In this document: piece after piece, positions 1 to 8,520 of the stretch
Position numbering within the stretch: the stretch's first letter is position 1
How the letters are laid out: every line of letters starts with the position of its first letter
Source of the DNA: Paracoccaceae bacterium
Lineage (GTDB): Bacteria; Pseudomonadota; Alphaproteobacteria; Rhodobacterales; Rhodobacteraceae
NCBI GenBank assembly: GCA_037190175.1
Contig: JBBCJM010000004.1
Span: forward strand, 3,164-67,163
DNA: 64,000 bases
Direction of reading: 5' to 3'
Made by a program: the position numbers and the translations under genes
The notes under the pieces: model-generated
Database searches by the model: none
The model's input: the letters and a program-made list of their open reading frames with translations, nothing else
Told to the model about the DNA's origin: nothing

Positions 1-327
1 CCGGTCCGGGAAGGGCCGGCGGTTGCGGCGCAGCCGGGCGGGATCGAACAGAAGCGAGGGCGGCTCCACCCCCTCCTGCCGGCGCGAGGCGGGGTCCGAG
101 ATGGTCTGCCCGTCCACCACGAAGGCATAGGCCATCCCCTCGGCCGCCGGATAGCGGCCGCGGTGGACGCCCTGCGGGTCGCGTTCCAGCGGCAGCAGGC
201 GCCGGCCCAGCCGCAGCTCCACCCGGCCCGCCGAGGGCGCCCACAGCGCGAAGGCCCAGTCGCCCGCCCCGGCCGGCACCGCGCCCCACATCGGCGCCAG
301 GGCCACGCCCCCCTGCATGTCGTTCAT
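1..327 (-). CDS. 5' part of a GH13 alpha-amylase-family gene, most like malto-oligosyltrehalose trehalohydrolase (TreZ-type N-terminus); runs off the left edge
   Basis: Not in the supplied ORF track (no stop in window). My reverse-complement translation from ATG at 327 gives MNDMQGGVALAPMWGAVPAGAGDWAFALWAPSAGRVELRLGRRLLPLERDPQGVHRGRYPAAEGMAYAFVVDGQTISDPASRRQEGVEPPS... and stays open to position 1. The pattern F.LWAP.A..V.L.L ... Y.F..DG....DPASR.Q..GV..PS is typical of TreZ N-termini. Confidence 0.45.
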   Translation of the reverse strand, partial: MNDMQGGVALAPMWGAVPAGAGDWAFALWAPSAGRVELRLGRRLLPLERDPQGVHRGRYPAAEGMAYAFVVDGQTISDPASRRQEGVEPPSLLFDPARLRRNRRPFPDR

Positions 328-394
328 CCGCTCGTCCCCCAAGGGTTGCCGGGGAAAAGGCGGCCCGGCGCCGGATTGTTCCCCCGCGCGGGGC

Positions 395-420
395 GGAACA
401 ATCGGCCCAGCCGGCGGGTT
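395..420 (+). promoter_or_regulatory. Candidate EcfG-type (general stress response) promoter, GGAAC-N17-gGTT, upstream of the small ORF at 449
   Basis: GGAAC at 395-399, a 17-nt spacer, then GGTT at 417-420 (consensus GGAAC-N16-17-CGTT, one mismatch). It lies about 28 nt upstream of the ATG at 449, which has SD GGAGAG. The GGAAC is also the right arm of a 9-bp inverted repeat. Confidence 0.3.
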
Positions 421-448
421 TCCCGCCGAACATCCATGGAGAGCGCCG

Positions 449-664
449 ATGACCGCCCGCCGCCTTGCCACGCTGATCCTCGTCGGGCTTGCCGGCTATG
501 CGCTGAAGACGCTGGTCGCGCAGCGGGCCGCGGCGGAGGCTCCCGGCTTCCGCTACGTGCGCCCGGCCGGGCCGGAGGCGATGGAGGCCCCGCCGGACGA
601 CTGGGACAGGATCGACGAGATGTCGGACGAATCCTTCCCCGCCAGCGATCCGCCTTCGTATTGA
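449..664 (+). CDS. Small (71 aa) N-terminally membrane-anchored protein with C-terminal SFPASDPP motif; hypothetical, stress-protein-like
   Basis: Internal ATG of ORF 317..664 preceded by GGAGAG. Sequence: MTARRLATLILVGLAGYALKTLV (one TM segment), then an acidic tail ending DEMSDESFPASDPPSY. Confidence 0.55.
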   Translation: MTARRLATLILVGLAGYALKTLVAQRAAAEAPGFRYVRPAGPEAMEAPPDDWDRIDEMSDESFPASDPPSY

Positions 665-686
665 AGCCCCCGCGGGGCGCGACGGT

Positions 687-1598
687 TCACCCCCAGTCCC
701 GCGCCACCGCGGCGGCCAGTTCCCGGCGGAAGCGGTCGATGGTGTATTCGGCAAAGCTCGACAACTGCCGTCCGCGCTTGGTCACCACCCAGGCGGTGAT
801 CATCGCGCGTTCCGCCAGCGGGCGGCGGGTGAGGCCGGGCATGTAGACCTCGGCCACCGAGAACTCGTCGATCACCGCCACCCCCAGCCCGTGCCGCACC
901 AGGCTGACCACGGTCTGCGCGAAGCGCCCGCGCATGGTATGGCGCGGCGTGATCCCGGCCTCGCGGAACGGGCGGGCGAGGATCTCGCCATAGGGGTCGT
1001 TCGGGTCCACCCCCACGAAGTCCTCGGCGGCCAGGTCGTGGACCGAGATGACCGCCTGCCCCGCCAGCCGGTGCCCGTCCGGCACGATCGCCACCAGCCG
1101 GCCCTGCGCCAGCGGTTCGCTGTGCAGCGCCGGGTTCTCGATGGGCGAGCTCATCAGCACGAACTCGCCGCGTTCCAGCAGTAGGTAGTCGGCGGTTTCC
1201 TCGATCTTCAGGATGTTGAGGTCGATGAACAGGTCGGGGAACCGCTGGCGCACCCGGCGGATGGCGCGGGCGGCGATGAACTGGGCGATGGAGGGGGCCG
1301 AGGCGAAGCCCAGCCGCACGTCCTCCCCCTTCTGCAACGAGGCCACGGCGGCGTTCAGGTTGTCCATCTGCCGGTGGAGCTGATGCACGATCTCGAAGAT
1401 CGCCGTGGCCTCGATGGAGGGCACGAAGAGCCCCGCCTTGCGCTCGAAGAGCCTGATGCCCAGCGATTCCTCGGTGTGCTTCACCAGCCGCGAGATGCCG
1501 GGGGCCGAGACGTTCAGCAGCTTCGCCGCGCCCTGGATGGTGCCCGCCATCATCACGGCGCGGATCACCTCGACCTGGCGCAGGGTGAGCTCCTTCAT
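687..1598 (-). CDS. LysR family transcriptional regulator
   Basis: 303 aa. N-terminal wHTH (LTLRQVEVIRAVMMAGTIQGAAKLLNVSAPGISRLVKHTEESLGIRLFER) plus a LysR substrate-binding domain. Confidence 0.9.
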   Translation of the reverse strand: MKELTLRQVEVIRAVMMAGTIQGAAKLLNVSAPGISRLVKHTEESLGIRLFERKAGLFVPSIEATAIFEIVHQLHRQMDNLNAAVASLQKGEDVRLGFASAPSIAQFIAARAIRRVRQRFPDLFIDLNILKIEETADYLLLERGEFVLMSSPIENPALHSEPLAQGRLVAIVPDGHRLAGQAVISVHDLAAEDFVGVDPNDPYGEILARPFREAGITPRHTMRGRFAQTVVSLVRHGLGVAVIDEFSVAEVYMPGLTRRPLAERAMITAWVVTKRGRQLSSFAEYTIDRFRRELAAAVARDWG

Positions 1599-1607
1599 GG
1601 CCGGATG

Positions 1608-2429
1608 CTACGCCCGCCCCGCCGCGCGCAGCACCGCCAGCGTGGCGGCGCGGGCGATCTCGGCCCGGCCCTGCGCGTCGATCCGGCCGGCCAGCGAACG
1701 GGTGGGCACCTCGACGCTGATCGTCACGCCCTCGGGGATGGCGCGGGCCAGCCCGATCAGGTCGATGCCGCCGAAGCCGGGGAACATCCGCTCGCCCCGG
1801 GCGATGGCGATCAGCGCCGCGTCCGAGGGGTCGTAGGGCACCGGGCCGTCGCAGATCTGCACATAATTCACCATGGCAGGCGGCAGAGCGGCGATCTGGT
1901 CGAGCGTGGTGGTGGAACGGTCGACGTGCAGCGCATCGACCAGCACCCCGCCGTTCGGCCGCCCGGCGTCCCGCACCACCCGCAGCGCCGCGGTCAGGTC
2001 GGGCACCGCGGTCCAGGGCATGAACTCCAGATCCGCGGTCAGCCGGCGGGGGGCGGCCATGTCGCAGAAGCGGGCGAAGCTTTCGGTCAGCCGGGCCGGC
2101 TCGGGGTCGTCGCCGGCCACCAGCACATGCCGCGCCTCCAGCGCCGCGCAGCGGTCGCAGAAACGGTCGAAGAGCGGCCAGTCGTTCTCGGGCTTCAGCC
2201 GGACGATCTCCACGTCGCCCACGGTGACCCCGGTGTCGGCCAAGGCCGCCCGCACCTCGGCCAGCACCCGGTCGTCGGTCAGCAGCGGATAGTCGGCCTC
2301 GCCCCCCGCCGGCAGGATGCGCAGGCCGACCATCCGGTAGCCGGTGGCCGCGGCGATGCGCACGGCCTCGACCGGGCCGACATCGAAGGTGGTGAGGAAG
2401 GCGAGGGAAAGCGGATGGGTCATGGTCAT
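1608..2429 (-). CDS. Sugar phosphate isomerase/epimerase (xylose-isomerase-like TIM barrel) family protein
   Basis: Internal start MTMTHPLSLAFLTTFD... at 2429 forms an ATGA overlap with the stop of the upstream gene (2426-2428). 273 aa with AP-endonuclease-2/TIM-barrel-like composition. The long N-terminal extension in the track is Arg/Gly junk. Confidence 0.8.
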   Translation of the reverse strand: MTMTHPLSLAFLTTFDVGPVEAVRIAAATGYRMVGLRILPAGGEADYPLLTDDRVLAEVRAALADTGVTVGDVEIVRLKPENDWPLFDRFCDRCAALEARHVLVAGDDPEPARLTESFARFCDMAAPRRLTADLEFMPWTAVPDLTAALRVVRDAGRPNGGVLVDALHVDRSTTTLDQIAALPPAMVNYVQICDGPVPYDPSDAALIAIARGERMFPGFGGIDLIGLARAIPEGVTISVEVPTRSLAGRIDAQGRAEIARAATLAVLRAAGRA

Positions 2430-3037
2430 TTCAGCGGCGAGAAGGGCAGCGGCAGGGCGATCTGGCTGGTCATGTCCGGGGTCAGCCAGTCCGGCCCGCC
2501 CTTGGGGGGCCACTTGCCATCGGCCACCGACTTCGCCCGCGCCTCCGCCCGGGCGGCGAGGCTGGCATAGGGCCAGATCTGCGTCAGCCGCGGCGCACCG
2601 TCCAGCCCGTACATCGCCACGGTCAGCCTGGAATACTCCTCCCGCCCGGGCACGGCATTGCGCCATTTCTCGGCGGTAGGGGCCAGCCCGTTCAGCCGGG
2701 CGCAATAGGTGCGGAACTCGTAGACCGGGCCGAAGGTCCCCGGCTCCACCGGCGGCAGGAAGTCCAGCGCGCGGTAGCTCTCCATGCTCAGCCCCGCCAG
2801 ATGCTCGACGCAGCCGAAGGGGTTGTCGGAGAGCAGGGCGCGCTCCCGCTCGGCCATCAGGGTCTCAATACTGTCGAAGGCGCGCAGCAGGAACACCCGG
2901 TTCAGCGTACCGATGTCGGTGCCCCAGGCGCCGCAGAGCCGGCCCCGGCCCTCCGCCACCCATCGCTCGATCCCCGGGCCGGCCTTGCCCGCGCCGAAGA
3001 TCACCGTGTCGAGGGTGGCGAGTTCGTAAAGGCTCAT
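2426..3037 (-). CDS. NIPSNAP family protein (two NIPSNAP repeats)
   Basis: 203 aa. Contains MSLYELATLD... and ...VYEFRTYCARLNG... (repeated YE[LF]RTY-type dimeric alpha-beta barrel signature). ATGA overlap with the upstream flavoprotein gene. Confidence 0.75.
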   Translation of the reverse strand: MSLYELATLDTVIFGAGKAGPGIERWVAEGRGRLCGAWGTDIGTLNRVFLLRAFDSIETLMAERERALLSDNPFGCVEHLAGLSMESYRALDFLPPVEPGTFGPVYEFRTYCARLNGLAPTAEKWRNAVPGREEYSRLTVAMYGLDGAPRLTQIWPYASLAARAEARAKSVADGKWPPKGGPDWLTPDMTSQIALPLPFSPLK

Positions 3038-4755
3038 GCTGTCTCCTCCTGTTCCGTGTGGAGCCCGGTCACGGGCTGGCCGGCCAGAACGCGGCCGGCG
3101 ATGTAGCCGAAGGTCATCCCGGGGCCGAGGGTGATCCCGCCCGAGGGGTAATGCCCGCCCATGACCGAGGCCATGTCGTTGCCCACCGCGAAAAGCCCGA
3201 GGATCGGGGCGCCGCCGCCGTCCAGCACCCGCGCCGCGGGGTCGGTGACAAGGCCGGCGAAGGTGCCCAGGCTGCCGGGCTCGATCCGCACCGCGTAGAA
3301 CGGCCCCCTGTCCAGCGGCGCCAGCGCGGGGTTGGGGCGGTGGTCGGGATCGCCCTGCACCCGGTTGTAGGGCGACCGGCCGCGGTGGAAGTCCGGGTCC
3401 TCGCCGCGGGCGGCGTGGCGGTTGAACCGGGCGATGGTCTCGGCCAGCGTGGCCTCGGGGATGTTGCAGGCCCGCGCGAGGTCGGCCAGCCGGCGGCCGC
3501 GCTTCAGGTAGCCGGACCGGATCGCGGGGCCCAGCGGGAAGGGGAAGGGCTTGGCCCAGCCCAGCCCCCAGCGCCTTTGCGCCCGGTGGTCGGCGATCAG
3601 CCAGCAGGTGGGGTGGCGGCCCGCAGGCGTGGCGGCCACCAGCGCCGCCATGAAGTCGTGATAGCTGTCGGCCTCGTTCCCGAACCGCCTGCCGGCGGGG
3701 GTGACGGCGATGATCCCGGGCTTGGCGCGCTCCACCAGATGCGGGAAATGCGCGGTGGAGCCGTCGGGGCGGGGGACCAGCGAGACCGGCGCCATGGCGA
3801 CGGCCGAGGCGAGGTCGCCGCTGACCGTGGCGCCCATGCCCTCGCCCAGCCGCAGCCCGTCGCCGGTGTTCGACGGCGGCGCGGCGGAGCGGTGGGCCTT
3901 GCCGCCCGCCTGGGGCGCCAGAGCCTCCAGCCGCGCGGGGTCATGCGGGAAGCCGCCAGTGGCCAGCACCACGCCGCGCGCCGCCTGCACCAGCACTTCG
4001 CCGTCCGGCGTGGCCAGCCGCGCCCCGGTCACCCGCCCGTCCTCCTGCACCAGCGCCATCGCCGGGGCGCTGTCGATCAGCCGCACCCCGCGGTCCAGCG
4101 CCGAGCGCATCAGCCGCGCCACCAAGGCGTTACCGTTGAAAAGCCGCGTCCCGCGGCCGTGGCGGGCCAGATCGCCCAGATGCCGGGCGATCCGGCCGGC
4201 GGCATAGAGCGCCGAGCGCGGGCTGCGGCTGGCGCGGAAGAAATGCCCCATGTCGGCGCCGCTGCCGATCCCCATCCCCCACAGGCTGACCACATCCAGC
4301 GGCGGGCGCAGCTTGCGCGCCCAGTCCCCCAGCCCCCGCGCGTCATAGGGCATGGCCGAGACCGAACGCCCGCCCTCCAGCGCCCCGGGAGTGGCGTGGA
4401 AATCGGGGATCCGGTTGCCGTCGATCCACTCCACCGCGGTATGGTCGCGGAAGAACCCCACCATCTCCGGCCCGTTGTCCAGGAACACCGCCAGCCGCGG
4501 ATCGCCCGCGCGGTTGCCGAGTTCGCTGCGCAGATAGGCCATCGGGCCCTCCGCCGGCTCCTCGATCCCCGCCGCCCGGGCCAGCGGGTTGCGCGGGATC
4601 CACAGCCACCCCCCGGACCAGGCCGAGGTGCCGCCGAACACGGGCTCCTTCTCGGCCACCACCACCGTGAGGCCGAAATGCGCCGCCGTGACCGCGCAGG
4701 CCAGCCCCGCGGCGCCCGAGCCGACCACCAGCACATCGCAGCCGATGCGCTCCAT
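3034..4755 (-). CDS. FAD-dependent oxidoreductase, 3-ketosteroid-dehydrogenase (KstD)/fumarate-reductase-flavoprotein-like (paralog A)
   Basis: 573 aa. N-terminal dinucleotide fold DVLVVGSGAAGLACAVTAA...AEKEPVFGGTSAWSGGWLWIP. C-terminal GLFAVGNDMASVMGGHYPSGGITLGP. Confidence 0.9.
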   Translation of the reverse strand: MERIGCDVLVVGSGAAGLACAVTAAHFGLTVVVAEKEPVFGGTSAWSGGWLWIPRNPLARAAGIEEPAEGPMAYLRSELGNRAGDPRLAVFLDNGPEMVGFFRDHTAVEWIDGNRIPDFHATPGALEGGRSVSAMPYDARGLGDWARKLRPPLDVVSLWGMGIGSGADMGHFFRASRSPRSALYAAGRIARHLGDLARHGRGTRLFNGNALVARLMRSALDRGVRLIDSAPAMALVQEDGRVTGARLATPDGEVLVQAARGVVLATGGFPHDPARLEALAPQAGGKAHRSAAPPSNTGDGLRLGEGMGATVSGDLASAVAMAPVSLVPRPDGSTAHFPHLVERAKPGIIAVTPAGRRFGNEADSYHDFMAALVAATPAGRHPTCWLIADHRAQRRWGLGWAKPFPFPLGPAIRSGYLKRGRRLADLARACNIPEATLAETIARFNRHAARGEDPDFHRGRSPYNRVQGDPDHRPNPALAPLDRGPFYAVRIEPGSLGTFAGLVTDPAARVLDGGGAPILGLFAVGNDMASVMGGHYPSGGITLGPGMTFGYIAGRVLAGQPVTGLHTEQEETA

Positions 4756-4756
4756 C

Positions 4757-5581
4757 TCAGGCGGTCCGCCGGCCGGGCTCCAGCGCCCGCACCTGCGCCT
4801 GGAAATAGTGCGAGCCCGCCGCGGCCTCGCCCAGTTCCACCGCCGCTGCCTGCAACCGAGGGGCCAGTTCCGCCATCCGCTCGGCCGTCATCCGCACCGC
4901 GGGGCCGGCGATCGACAGACACCCCAGCACCGGGCCGGTGCCGTGATGGCGCACCGGCACCGCCATGGCCGCCATCCCGGCGATATAGCTGTCGACCGCC
5001 GTGGCATAGCCGCGGGCGCGGGCCTCGGCGAGGTGGTCCAGAAGCAGGCTCAGGCTGCGCGGCGCGTTGGGCCCCGCGCCCTCGGCCTGCCGGATCAGGC
5101 CCTGCGCGGCAACCCGGGCCAGCGCCTCGTCGTCGGTCATGGTGGACAGCCAGGCCTTGCCGCCCGAGGAACTGGCCAGGTGCACGATCACCCCCTGCTC
5201 CTGCCCCGGGTCGTAGCGCAGCCCGCGCGTGGCCCCCTGCGCCACCGCCACCCAGATCAGCCGGTCGCCGTCCACCACGGACAGGCGGATGAGCTCGCCC
5301 GAATCCGCCGCCAGCCGGTCCAGCACCGGCTGCGCCACGTCGGTGATCCCGGCGCGGCCGAGGAAGCCGAGGCCCATGGCCGGCAGCTTGATGGTCAGCG
5401 CATAGTCGCCCTGCGCCTGCACCTGCCGCACGTAGCCCAGCCGGCCGAGTTCCTGCAGCGTGCGATGCACGCCGCTGGCCGGCTGGTCGGTCGCCGCGGC
5501 GATGGCGGAAACCGGCAGGCCCGCCGGATGGTCGACCAGCAGTTCCACGATGGCCAGCGATTTTTCCAGGACGCCGCTCAT
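4757..5581 (-). CDS. IclR family transcriptional regulator
   Basis: Internal start MSGVLEKSLAIVELLVDHPAGLPVSAIAAATDQPASGVHRTLQELGRLGYV at 5581 (ATGA overlap with the stop of the upstream gene at 5578). IclR HTH plus effector domain. Confidence 0.9.
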   Translation of the reverse strand: MSGVLEKSLAIVELLVDHPAGLPVSAIAAATDQPASGVHRTLQELGRLGYVRQVQAQGDYALTIKLPAMGLGFLGRAGITDVAQPVLDRLAADSGELIRLSVVDGDRLIWVAVAQGATRGLRYDPGQEQGVIVHLASSSGGKAWLSTMTDDEALARVAAQGLIRQAEGAGPNAPRSLSLLLDHLAEARARGYATAVDSYIAGMAAMAVPVRHHGTGPVLGCLSIAGPAVRMTAERMAELAPRLQAAAVELGEAAAGSHYFQAQVRALEPGRRTA

Positions 5582-6681
5582 GCCCGGCCTCCGCTGAACG
5601 CCGTTCCAAGCGAGGAGAGATCCACCTGCACCGCCCGCCCGCTGGCCGCCGCGCCGCGGATCGCGTCCAGCACGATCAGGTTCGCGGTGGCGTCGCGGGC
5701 CGAGACGCGGGGCGCGCCGCCCTCGCGGATCAGGCCGGCGAAGTGCAGGAGCTGCGCCTCGTAGGGGTCGCCCGGGGACACCGGCAGCGCCGCGCCGCTC
5801 AGGGGCCGGGTCCAGTCGGGCTCGCCCTCGGGCTGCCACAGCATGAGGTCGGGCAGGGACAGCCCGCCGCGGCTACCGGCATAGTGATGGGCGCTGACCG
5901 GATGGGCGGGAAAGCGCGCGAGGTTCTCGCCCGAGGTCAGGTCCCAGGCCCAGGGGCCCACCGCGGCATCGGAGATGCAGAGGGTGGCCAGGCCCCCGCC
6001 GGCGAAGGTCAGGCAGACCGCCGCGGTATCCTCCACCTCGAACCCCCGGCGGGCGTGGCTGGCGATGGCCTGCACGCCGGCGATCTCGCCGAAGAAATGG
6101 CGCAAAAGGTCGATCTCGTGCACCAGGTTGATCAGCAGCGGCCCGCCCGCGCCCGGGGTCCTGCGCCATGCGGCGTTGAAATAGGCGGGGTCCTTGGCCA
6201 GCGCGCAGGTGACGGTGGCCATGACCAGATCGCCGATCCGTCCGGCCTGGATCGCTTCCCAGGCCGTGCGCACGATGGGGTTGTGGCGGCGGTGGTGGCC
6301 GACCAGCAGCGGCACCCCGGTTGCGTCCGCCACCGCGATCAGGTCCAGCGCCGCGGCCAGGCTTTCCGCCACCGGCTTTTCCAGCAGCACCGGCAGCCCG
6401 GCCCGCAACAGCGCCGCGGTGACCGGCAGGTGCGTCTCGTTCGGCGTGGCCACGATGGCCGCCCGCGCCAGCCCCGAATCGATCAGCGCGGCGGTATCGG
6501 GCAGGCAGGGCACGCCCAGCCGGGCGGCGAGGTCCGCCCCCGCCGGCGAGGGTTCCACCAGCGCGGCCAGCCGCAGCCCGGGCGTGCGCGCCAGCGTGCC
6601 GATATGCGTGCGCCCGATGACGCCCGCGCCGATCACCGCGATGTCGATGGGTTCGCCCACGGCCCCTCTCCCCCTGCGCAT
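5578..6681 (-). CDS. Gfo/Idh/MocA family oxidoreductase
   Basis: Rossmann N-terminus IDIAVIGAGVIGRTHIGTL; about 360 aa. An alternative GTG start at 6660 has the better SD (GGGGGAGAGGGG). Confidence 0.9.
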   Translation of the reverse strand: MRRGRGAVGEPIDIAVIGAGVIGRTHIGTLARTPGLRLAALVEPSPAGADLAARLGVPCLPDTAALIDSGLARAAIVATPNETHLPVTAALLRAGLPVLLEKPVAESLAAALDLIAVADATGVPLLVGHHRRHNPIVRTAWEAIQAGRIGDLVMATVTCALAKDPAYFNAAWRRTPGAGGPLLINLVHEIDLLRHFFGEIAGVQAIASHARRGFEVEDTAAVCLTFAGGGLATLCISDAAVGPWAWDLTSGENLARFPAHPVSAHHYAGSRGGLSLPDLMLWQPEGEPDWTRPLSGAALPVSPGDPYEAQLLHFAGLIREGGAPRVSARDATANLIVLDAIRGAAASGRAVQVDLSSLGTAFSGGRA

Positions 6682-6730
6682 TCCGGCCCAGTGATAGCAG
6701 AGCCGCCACCGAATGGAAGAAGATTTAATT

Positions 6731-6761
6731 GTTGAATGCCGTTCCAGTTTACTGCATCAAC
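6731..6761. promoter_or_regulatory. Imperfect palindrome in the AT-rich divergent promoter region; candidate operator (IclR?)
   Basis: GTTGAATGC-N14-GCATCAAC, in the only clearly AT-rich stretch of this locus (about 6700-6765). It lies between divergent genes starting at 6681 (-) and 6802 (+). Confidence 0.25.
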
Positions 6762-6801
6762 GCACCACGGGCAAGGGGAGCGCCCGGGAATCGGGGGGTT
6801 C

Positions 6802-8520
6802 ATGCACCGCAGGCTGGCCGAGGTCGGGGACGGTTACGATGTGGTCGTGCTGGGCGCGGGCTCGGGCGGCATGTCGGCCGCGGTCTTCGCCGCGCTGGAA
6901 GGCGCCCGGGTGCTGCTGGTGGAGCGTACCGAATACCTGGGCGGCACCTCGGCCTGGTCCGCCGCCACCACCTGGATCCCGCTGACCCGCCATTCCCGCG
7001 CCATCGGGGCCGAGGATTCGTTCGAGAAGGTCTCGGGCTTCCTCGACCGCGCGGTGGGCAACCGCAGCCCCAAGGCCCTGCGCGACGCCTTCCTGGCCGC
7101 CGGGCCGGGGGTGATCGACACGCTGGAGGAGCGGACGGAGGTCAAGTTCCGCCCCCGGCCGTTCCATCCCGACTACCTGTCGGAGCTGGAGGGCGCCACC
7201 AGCTTCGGCCGCGCGCTGGAGCCGCTGCCGTTCCAGGCCGCCGGGCTGGGCCGCGACCTGGCGCTGATCCGCCCGCCGATCCCCGAGTTCACCATCCTGG
7301 GCGGCATGATGGTCGACCGCGACGACATCCCCCATCTGATGAAGATCGGCAAGTCGCTGAAATCCACCGCCTATTCGGCGCGGATCATCGGGAAATACTG
7401 GCTGGGGAAGGTCCGCCACGGGCGCGACACCCGGCTGCTGATGGGCAATGCGCTGATCGGGCGGATGCTGGCGGCGGCCAACCAGCTGGGGGTTGATATC
7501 CTGACGCGGACCGAGACGCTGGCGTTTTCCTCGGGCCCCGAGGGGGTAACCGGCGTCACGCTGCGGCAGGACGGCACCGAGCGGACCATCGCGGTGGCCG
7601 GCGGCGTGGTGCTGGCCTCGGGCGGCTTCGCCCGGCATCCCAAGCTGCGGGCCGAGATGCTGCCGCAGCCGGTGCCCGAGCACAGCCCCTCGGCCCCCGG
7701 CCATACGGGCGCGCTGCACGACCTGGCCTTCGCGCTCGGCGCCCACCACAACGACACCGCGGCGCAGCCCTGCTTCTGGGCGCCCTGCTCGCACCGCCGC
7801 CGGGCGGACGGCTCGATGGCGGTGTTCCCGCATTTCGTCTTCGACCGCTCCAAGCCCGGGATCATCTCGGTCGGCCGCGACGGGCGGCGGTTCGTGAACG
7901 AATCGACCAGCTATCACCTGTTCGGCGCGGCGCAGTTCGCCACCGGGCAGATCCCGGCCTTCCTGATCGCCGACGCCCGGGCGCTGGCCAAGTACGGGAT
8001 GGGGATGATCCGGCCGGGCGGGCAGAACATCCGGCCGTTCCTGGCCGACGGCTACCTGACCGAAGGCAGGACGCCGGAGGAACTGGCGGGCAGGCTGGGG
8101 ATCGACGCCGAGGGGCTGAAGGACAGCATCGCGCGGATGAACCGCTATGCGGAAGCCGGGGTGGACGCGGATTTCGCCCGCGGCACCACGGTCTACGAAC
8201 GCGCGAACGGCGACCCGGAGCATGGGCCGAACCCGACGCTGGGGCGGCTGGACACCGCACCCTTCTATGCGGTGAAGCTGTGGCCGGGCGACATCGGCTC
8301 GGCCATGGGGCTGGCGGGGGACGAGCACGCCCGGCTGATCCGGCGCGACGGGACGGCCATCGGCGGGCTCTACGCCTGCGGCAACGACCTGGCCTCGATC
8401 ATGGGCGGGGTCTATCCCGGGCCGGGGATCACCGTGGGGCCGGCCATCGTCTTCGGCGCCATCGCCGCCCGCCACGCCGCGGCCCGCGCCGCTGCCGCGC
8501 GCAAGGGGCAGGCGGCATGA
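6802..8520 (+). CDS. FAD-dependent oxidoreductase, KstD-like (paralog B)
   Basis: Internal ATG at 6802: MHRRLAEVGDGYDVVVLGAGSGGMSAAVFAA...ERTEYLGGTSAWSAATTWIP. C-terminal GLYACGNDLASIMGGVYPGPGITVGP. Colinear with paralogs A and C. Confidence 0.9.
   Translation: MHRRLAEVGDGYDVVVLGAGSGGMSAAVFAALEGARVLLVERTEYLGGTSAWSAATTWIPLTRHSRAIGAEDSFEKVSGFLDRAVGNRSPKALRDAFLAAGPGVIDTLEERTEVKFRPRPFHPDYLSELEGATSFGRALEPLPFQAAGLGRDLALIRPPIPEFTILGGMMVDRDDIPHLMKIGKSLKSTAYSARIIGKYWLGKVRHGRDTRLLMGNALIGRMLAAANQLGVDILTRTETLAFSSGPEGVTGVTLRQDGTERTIAVAGGVVLASGGFARHPKLRAEMLPQPVPEHSPSAPGHTGALHDLAFALGAHHNDTAAQPCFWAPCSHRRRADGSMAVFPHFVFDRSKPGIISVGRDGRRFVNESTSYHLFGAAQFATGQIPAFLIADARALAKYGMGMIRPGGQNIRPFLADGYLTEGRTPEELAGRLGIDAEGLKDSIARMNRYAEAGVDADFARGTTVYERANGDPEHGPNPTLGRLDTAPFYAVKLWPGDIGSAMGLAGDEHARLIRRDGTAIGGLYACGNDLASIMGGVYPGPGITVGPAIVFGAIAARHAAARAAAARKGQAA

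Noticed and set aside
665-686. CCCCGCGGGG palindrome between the convergent small ORF and the LysR gene, as a terminator
   Set aside because: The stem is only 4-5 bp with essentially no loop and no U-tract, which is too weak to call.
163-846. 227-aa plus-strand ORF spanning the small gene and the LysR 3' end
   Set aside because: Junk composition. It conflicts with the TreZ-like start, the 449-664 ORF frame and the LysR gene.
3058-5292. 744-aa plus-strand ORF
   Set aside because: Antisense to flavoprotein A and the IclR gene. Its composition is RPGA-rich junk.
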